Shown here piece after piece: positions 57,885 to 64,000 of a stretch of DNA of 64,000 nt. Position 1 is the stretch's first letter, and the number at the start of each line of letters is the position of its first letter. The stretch comes from Chrysemys picta bellii (lineage: Eukaryota): assembly GCF_011386835.1 (NCBI RefSeq), contig NC_088800.1:868001-932000 (forward strand), in the 5' to 3' direction. A model generated the notes under the pieces. The model had not been told where the DNA came from. It made no database searches and was given only the letters and a program-made list of their open reading frames with translations. Position numbers and translations under genes: made by a program.

Positions 57885-60800
57885 ATGGGGGGTTCGGCCA
57901 GTCAGCTGCCGCGGGACCTGCTCGGCGAGTACCAGGTACCGCCTCCCCCCAGCGTTCCCGTCCCCCTCCTGCCCCCCCCGTCCCCCTCCTGTCCCCCCTC
58001 CTGCCCCCCCGTCCCCCTCCCGGGCCCCCCCTTCTTCCCCCCCCCGGTCGGACTGCCCCCCCCCAGCGTCCCCTTCCCCCTCTTCTGCCCCCCCTCCCCG
58101 CCGGACTGCCCCTCCCCCCAGCGTCACCTTCCCCCTCCCGGCCCGGCCAGACTGCCCCCCCTTCTCTCCCCCCGGCCGGACTGGCTCCTTCCTGCCCCCC
58201 CTGCCCCCCGTCCAGCCTAGCCCGGTCCCCGTGCTCCCCCCCCCCCAGCGATTGCTCTGCCGGGTCTGCAGGCTGGGGTACCCCTCGCCTCCCTGCTGTG
58301 GCAGGCACTGCCTCGTCCCTCCAGTGCTCTGCGGCGGTGGGACCCGGGGGGGGGGGGTCCGGGCAGTGCTGGCGCTGAGAGCCCCCCTCAGCCGAGCTGC
58401 AGGGATAACTTTCCCCTTCTCTCTTTCCCAGGAGCTGACCTTCCTGACCAAGCAGGAGATCTTGCTGTAAGCACCCCTCGGGCTGGCTTTCTTCCGGCCC
58501 CACACACCGCTCAGCGCTGATGCTGAGCTGTGGGGCCAGGTCTATACATGAGGGGGCAGGTCAGATGCTGGCCCTCTGGGTAGCAGCCCCAGTCCCCATG
58601 GGGAGGGGGAGTCATTGCAGAGCTCCGTGGGGAGGGGTCTATGATAGGGTTACCATATTTAAAAAATAAAAAGAGAGGACACTCCAGGGGGGGGGGGGGC
58701 TGGCCCCGCCCCTTTCCCAACCGCGGCCCCGCCCCAACTCCTCACCCTCCTCCCTCCCAACCACGCAAAAAGGGCTGCCCGACCGCTACCGGCTTCCCGG
58801 TTTGCTGGGCAGCCCCCAGACCCTGCGCCCCCGGCCGGCGCTTCCCCAGCGCAGCTGGAGCCCAGGAGGGGAAGTGCCCAGCCGGGGGCGCAGGGTCTGG
58901 AGGCTGCCCAGCAAACCATGAAGCCGGTAGCGCTCGGGCTTCGGGCAGCCCCTATGCCTCCGGACCCTGCGGCCCCGGCCGGGCACTTCCCCTCCGGGGC
59001 TCCGGCTGCTCTGCTCCTCCCCGGACTCAGACTTCGGCTCTGTTTAAGAGCCAAGCTGCCTGACCTAGCGCTACCGGCTTCGGGCAGCCCCCTTGCCTCT
59101 GGACCCTGCGCCGCCGGAGCAGAGCAGCTGGAGCCGGGGAGGAGAAGTGCCCGGCCAGCGGCTGGGGTCCTGAGGCAAGGGGGGCTGCCCGAAGCCCGTA
59201 GCACTGGCTCGGGCAGCTTGGCTCTTAAACAGAGCCGAAGTCTGAGTCCGGGGAGGAGCAGAGCAGCCGCGGGAGAGGAAGTGCCCGTCCGGTATTTTTC
59301 CCGGACATGTTCGGCTTTTTGGCAATTCCCCCCGGACGGGGGTTTGATTGCCGAAAAGCCGGACATGTCCGGGAAAAACCGGACGTATGGTAACCCTAGT
59401 CTACGAGGAGCTGGGCCCAGACCTGACATTGCTGCTCCTGGACCGTGAAGGGCAGCAGCAGAGGCCCCAGAGCGCAGCTGGGCTCTAGGGCTGAGTACAA
59501 GCTAGACGGTCTCTGCTAGGTCACCTGTAGGCCCTGCCTGGCAGACAGTGAGACGGTTACACGAGAAACAGTCTTTATTCAAACAGTGCTGCCCTGATGC
59601 CCCCCAGCATGGGGGCTGCTGCCCCAGGGAAACCCAGGTGGTAGTATGGCCCTAGAGCCAGAGTCCCCTTACCCTGCTTGTACTCTGACCTGAATCCCCC
59701 CGCCCCCTGAGTGCAAGAGGCAGTGCAGGGGTACTTTGCTCCAAGTTGCTGGGGTGTTGGCATCTGTTGCACTGCACCCTGAGGTGGGTGCAGGTGGCTA
59801 GGGAGCATGGCCTAGGGGTCATGCAGCCCAGCCCCGGTGCTTGCAAAGGGGCGGGGGGGAAGTGTGGTGCAGCCGTGGGCAGTGGCCAGGGAGCGCTTCC
59901 CTTCTGAACTGGAGTCTCTTCCTGCTCTTGGTGTGTTCCCTGGCACAAGGGCACTTTGAACCCGGCACTCTGTGTGCTGGACTTTGCGTCAGGGAGTGGT
60001 GGCTTCTTGGTGTTTCTAGCCTGCTGCTGTCTGGTTTTACTGGCTGCGCTGATGGGCTGCTTGAGGCAAAGAAGGAAAAATAAGATCTCCAGGCTGGGCT
60101 GTGTCAGCGTCTGCCCTGCTGGTGCTGTGATGCTGTAGCTGCGAATGTCCGTGGGCTGTGCAGGGCCTTGCCGAATGCCGCTTTGCTGCGTTTGACGCTG
60201 TTGGTACACACCCAGCCTAGCCTGGTTGCCAGTGGCACCTTGGCTGAGAGCGAGTAATGGCCCAGGCAGCTGGTCCTGAAGTGTCCTGCACGGGAGTCCT
60301 GTGTGCAGCTGTCACTGCTGCTACCTGCTGTGTGTCCCAGCACTGTAACCTCTGCAGCCAGCCTGGCATAGGCTAGTGTCTGAGTGCCACCCCGTAACAG
60401 GACAGGGGTGGGGTAGGGGGATCACAGTGCGGTGTGTCTAGGAGCTGGCACAGGAGGCAGCTGCGGATGCTGTGGTGCCTGCAGAGGGCAGAGAAGAGGG
60501 CCGGCCGGGGACTGATTGGCTAACACTGTTCCTCCTCCCTCGCCCCTTGTTTGCGTCAGGGTGTTGTTTCTGGTGCAGCATGGGGGGTGTGCTCAGGGCT
60601 GGGGAATAGTCACCTCTCCAGGCAGCTCTGGGAAGAATTACCCCGGCAGACCCCTAGCTAAGCTCAGCAGCCTCTGTCCCAGACCGTTAGCAGCTCTGCC
60701 ATGCGCTAATTGTTCTTGTCTCCCAAAGTGCCCACAAGAGATTCAGGGAGCTGCTGTCAAAGGAGGAGAGGGAGAGTATCCTGCAGAAAAGAGTCCCCAA

Positions 60801-63177
60801 GAGCAAGATCCTCACACTACCTGAACTGAAGGTATGGTGCACACCCCTTCTGCTTAGCCTCCCCCTCCCACCCAGCCCTAGGAGGAACCAGGTCAGTCCC
60901 ACTGATCTCTTGGGTCTGGGCCAAGACTTGGATGCTGGCTGTGGGCAGCTGCCGTTCGTTTTGGGTGTGCTCTGCAATTGGGGAGGCGGTTCCAGTCATG
61001 GTGCGCTCGCTCCACTTCCCGTTCCCCGCTGCGCTGCCAGGGCTGTGGGAAGAGGTGTCGGTCAGCATGGTGCCCAGCTTCCCAGGCCACGCAGGTGCTG
61101 CAGGCACCTGATGGCAGGGGGCTAACCGGCAGCAAATGGAATTGGACAGGAAGTTCTGAGGGTCTCTGCACAGTCTGGAAGGGACCATTGTGATCATCTG
61201 CCTGACCCCTCTGGAACCGCCACTGAGCTAGAGCAGAACTGCCCTGCTGCTGCTGGGAAGTCCTGGTGCCTCAGTCCAGTGGTGATTCCCCATGTGTTGA
61301 CAGGCAAACCCGTTCCGGGACCGGATCTGCCGGGTCTTCTCCACCTCAGAGGATGGGGATGGCAGCATGTCCTTCGAAGACTTCCTTGACATGCTGAGCG
61401 TCTTCAGCGACTCAGCCACTTCGGAGATCAAATCCCACTACGCCTTCCGCATCTTCGGTAGAGATCAGCCAGGCCCCGGGGTGAATGCTCTGCTTCGCGG
61501 GTCCCTCTGTGCAGAGCAGGGCTGGGGGGGGGAGTCACGTCAGGAACCTGCTGTCCATGGGTGACTTTGCCCAGCTGCAGTCTGAGGTGCTTGGAGCAGA
61601 TTGTGGTGTTAGCCAGCCCTACCCCAGTGAAGGGCTCCAAGGGGGAGGCTGCGAGGCCCCCGGGGCAAGCCTGAGGCCCAGCCAAGAACCCCCTCGCTGG
61701 GAGCACTCCTGCTTGTGACTCTCCTGTGTTGCTAGGCCATAGCCATGGAAACGGGGGTCTCATGGGCAAGTGCCTCTGATGGTAACCTGGACGTTTCCCC
61801 CCAAAGATTTTGACGACGATGGGACCCTGGACAGGAAGGACCTGGAGAAGCTGGTGAACTGCCTGACAGGGGAAGGAGATGAGACTAGGCTGAGTGAGTC
61901 AGAGATGGACCAGCTCATCCGGAACGTGAGTCTGTGGGGCTTGGCCAGGAGGGCTTGCTGGACCTGCTGTGTGGGGCTGCTCAAGCAGGCTTTGAGGGCT
62001 GGTGTTTCCCTTTCCCTGACAGATCCTGGAGGAGTCCGATATTGACAAGGATGGGACCATTAACCTCTCTGAGTTCCAGCATGTCATTTCTCGATCACCA
62101 GACTTTGCCAGGTACCTCTGTCTCAACTGCTTGCTGCAGTGTCTGGCTGGAGAAAATCCAGTGCTTGCTAGGGAGGGAAAGCTAGCCAGTGGGTGGAATG
62201 GGGGTTTGCTTAACTCTCTGCGTAGAGTGGACACACATCTCCCAGCTGGTAGCAGGGCTAAAAGCGCAGACATGCTCTAAAAAGTCTCCTATAACAGTGA
62301 AGAAACCTTTGCCTATCTCTAGCCCTGTCCACTGAGGCCTTGCAATGCTCGGGGAACACTTCCTACGCACCTGAGTCCCAGTTCAATGAGGCTGCGGCTC
62401 CTGACCCCTTCCTAGCGAGCTGTATTGTGGCAGTGCCTAGATGCTGCACTCATTTGTCTGGTCTCCAGCGCCTTCTGCCGGGAGCTGTATGTAAGCACAG
62501 AGCCAGTGCCTGCCCGAGGAGCTCGCAGACAGAACGCAGCTGGCGGAGCGGGGGGAAGGGCTGTTCTGTCCATGCTGCAGGTGGGGCAGGGAGCGACTCG
62601 CCAGTTACACAGGGAGGCTGTAGCAGAGCTGGGAGTAGAATCCATGGCTCTAACTCCCAGGCCAGTCTCGTTACCACCGGCCCATCCTTCCTGCTTCCCA
62701 AACCGAACGAGCGCCGCCTGGCCGCAGCAGGGCCTTCTCCTTTCACGGGAGGATAGAGGGCACAGGCTTTGCTTGCCTACAGTCACACCATGGCAGCAGG
62801 AGAACCCAGCTCTCCCGTCTTCTAGTCCTGAGCCTCACGCACCAGACTGCCCTCCTGCCCCATTCCAGAGCTCACGCCCCCCCTTCCCTGGCCATTCGAC
62901 TCCTCGAGCTTGATGGGGGCTGTCTGACCATGCGCAGGGTATCCAGGGCGCCCCCCCCCTCGAGCCATTGGCAGGAGACGTCCAGAATCATGTCTCAAAC
63001 ACCAGCTGCATTCTGCTTGGGTCTGCCATGTCCCCTCTGAGCTCCTTTCACGCCATGTTACATACAGCCCTTCCCGTGCCCAGCACTGGAGCCCCCAGCG
63101 AGTAGCTCCCCTGTGGCACAGCATGAGAATGGGCTGGTCACTGTGTCTCTTTCAGTTCCTTCAAGATCGTGCTGTGA
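57885..63177 (+). CDS. CIB1: Calcium and integrin-binding protein 1 (EF-hand, N-myristoylated), 7 exons, 190 aa
   Basis: Exons: 57885-57935 (MGGSASQLPRDLLGEYQ), 58432-58466 (ELTFLTKQEILL), 60729-60831, 61304-61457 (ANPFRDRICRVFS...SFEDFLDMLSVFS), 61807-61925 (EF-hand DFDDDGTLDRKD), 62023-62111 (EF-hand DIDKDGTINLSE), 63156-63177 (SFKIVL*). All introns are GT-AG; total 573 nt. Confidence 0.97.
58645..59398. mobile_element. Non-autonomous hAT element, 754 bp, in CIB1 intron 2
   Basis: Perfect TIRs TAGGGTTACCATA / TATGGTAACCCTA; TSD GTCTATGA / GTCTACGA (7/8); GC-rich internally repeated modules (CTACCGGCTTCGGGCAGCCCC) in both orientations. Confidence 0.9.
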
Positions 63178-64000
63178 TGGCGCCACGTCCCTTCAATCGG
63201 AGGTGTCCTGTGGCTGGCTGTCCCTTCCTAGCCTGCTGTGCGGCTCTGCACCATCTCTGCGCAGTGGCTGGATCCTTCCCCTTCTGGCAAACACATGCAA
63301 TAATATTGGTGACTCCAGGATCGTGCTAGGAGTCCAGTGTCTAGGAGCACTCCTTCCATAGTGCCTTATGCAGGGCTCCACGGGGCAAGGCCTCTCCTGC
63401 CCAGTATGCTGTGCCTTCTGTGCTCTTCTTGGTCTGCAGGCTCCTTAATGCAGCTGCCTTGTGCTTCCAACAAACGCCTGGCCCACGGAGACTACAGGTC
63501 CCAGCCTGTCAAGCCATACCTGGATCAGAGCAGAGGCTGCTGGGATCTCTAGTCTCCATGGGCTATATTTTCAGGGGCTTACTCCTATGCAAACCAGGTA
63601 CAGTCCTCTTGGCCTGCCCTGGACATCCTGAGCTGGAGAAGGGAACTCCTGCTGGGGCCTGGTGATAATCCAGGGCTCACCCTCCCAAGCCTCTTTGTGC
63701 CTTCCACGAGCAAACGGGCAGCTAGGACTCCGGCAAGAGCCCCTGAGGATGCAGCAGGCCTGGCTGGCTCCCTGAGGGGTCAGGCAAAGGGATGCAGCAC
63801 AAGGGGCTTGTTTGACTATGCAATAGTGTAAGGGGCACCTTACAATGCTGCAGCCCAGCAGCTCTGGCCAGCGTGTTTCTGTAACTTCCCAACTCCCTCT
63901 CGTAGGTCCACGCACAGCTTTCTACTCAGCCAGAGTCTGCGGGGGGAGGTCCTGGGGGGCCTGGCACAGGCCCCAGCATTCACAGGGCTGGCAGCGGGCA

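Noticed and set aside
56573-58505. ORFs of 396-614 aa, Cys-rich repeats
   Set aside because: These are the 45-bp minisatellite plus CIB1 CpG island; not a zinc-finger or keratin-associated gene.

Overview
GC-rich vertebrate genomic DNA, almost certainly turtle (Testudines), judged from tRNA-derived SINEs with CR1 tails, CR1 LINEs, Penelope-like elements and hAT/Harbinger MITEs. It is orthologous to human 15q26.1. Six spliced protein-coding genes were reconstructed exon by exon from splice sites and recalled orthologue sequence. Five are on the minus strand: VPS33B (23 exons, 617 aa), HDDC3/MESH1 (4 exons, with a 1-nt frameshift in exon 1), NGRN (3 exons), TTLL13 (14 coding exons, about 860 aa, intact) and GDPGP1 (single coding exon, 402 aa). 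CIB1 (7 exons, 190 aa) is on the plus strand. Almost every promoter CpG island abuts a different G/C-skewed minisatellite, and these arrays explain all the very long ORFs in the track. The best second-look items are: (1) a TSD-bounded inverted Penelope composite in the TTLL13 5' region, forming a 219-bp near-perfect inverted repeat around a SINE, with a minimal type-I hammerhead ribozyme in each arm; (2) two further hammerhead-bearing Penelope remnants; (3) the HDDC3 frameshift; (4) a candidate antisense terminal exon inside CIB1 intron 2; (5) RFX X-boxes at the TTLL13 and CIB1 promoters. No CRISPR, rRNA, true tRNA or prokaryotic system is supported. All homology statements are from memory; no searches were run.
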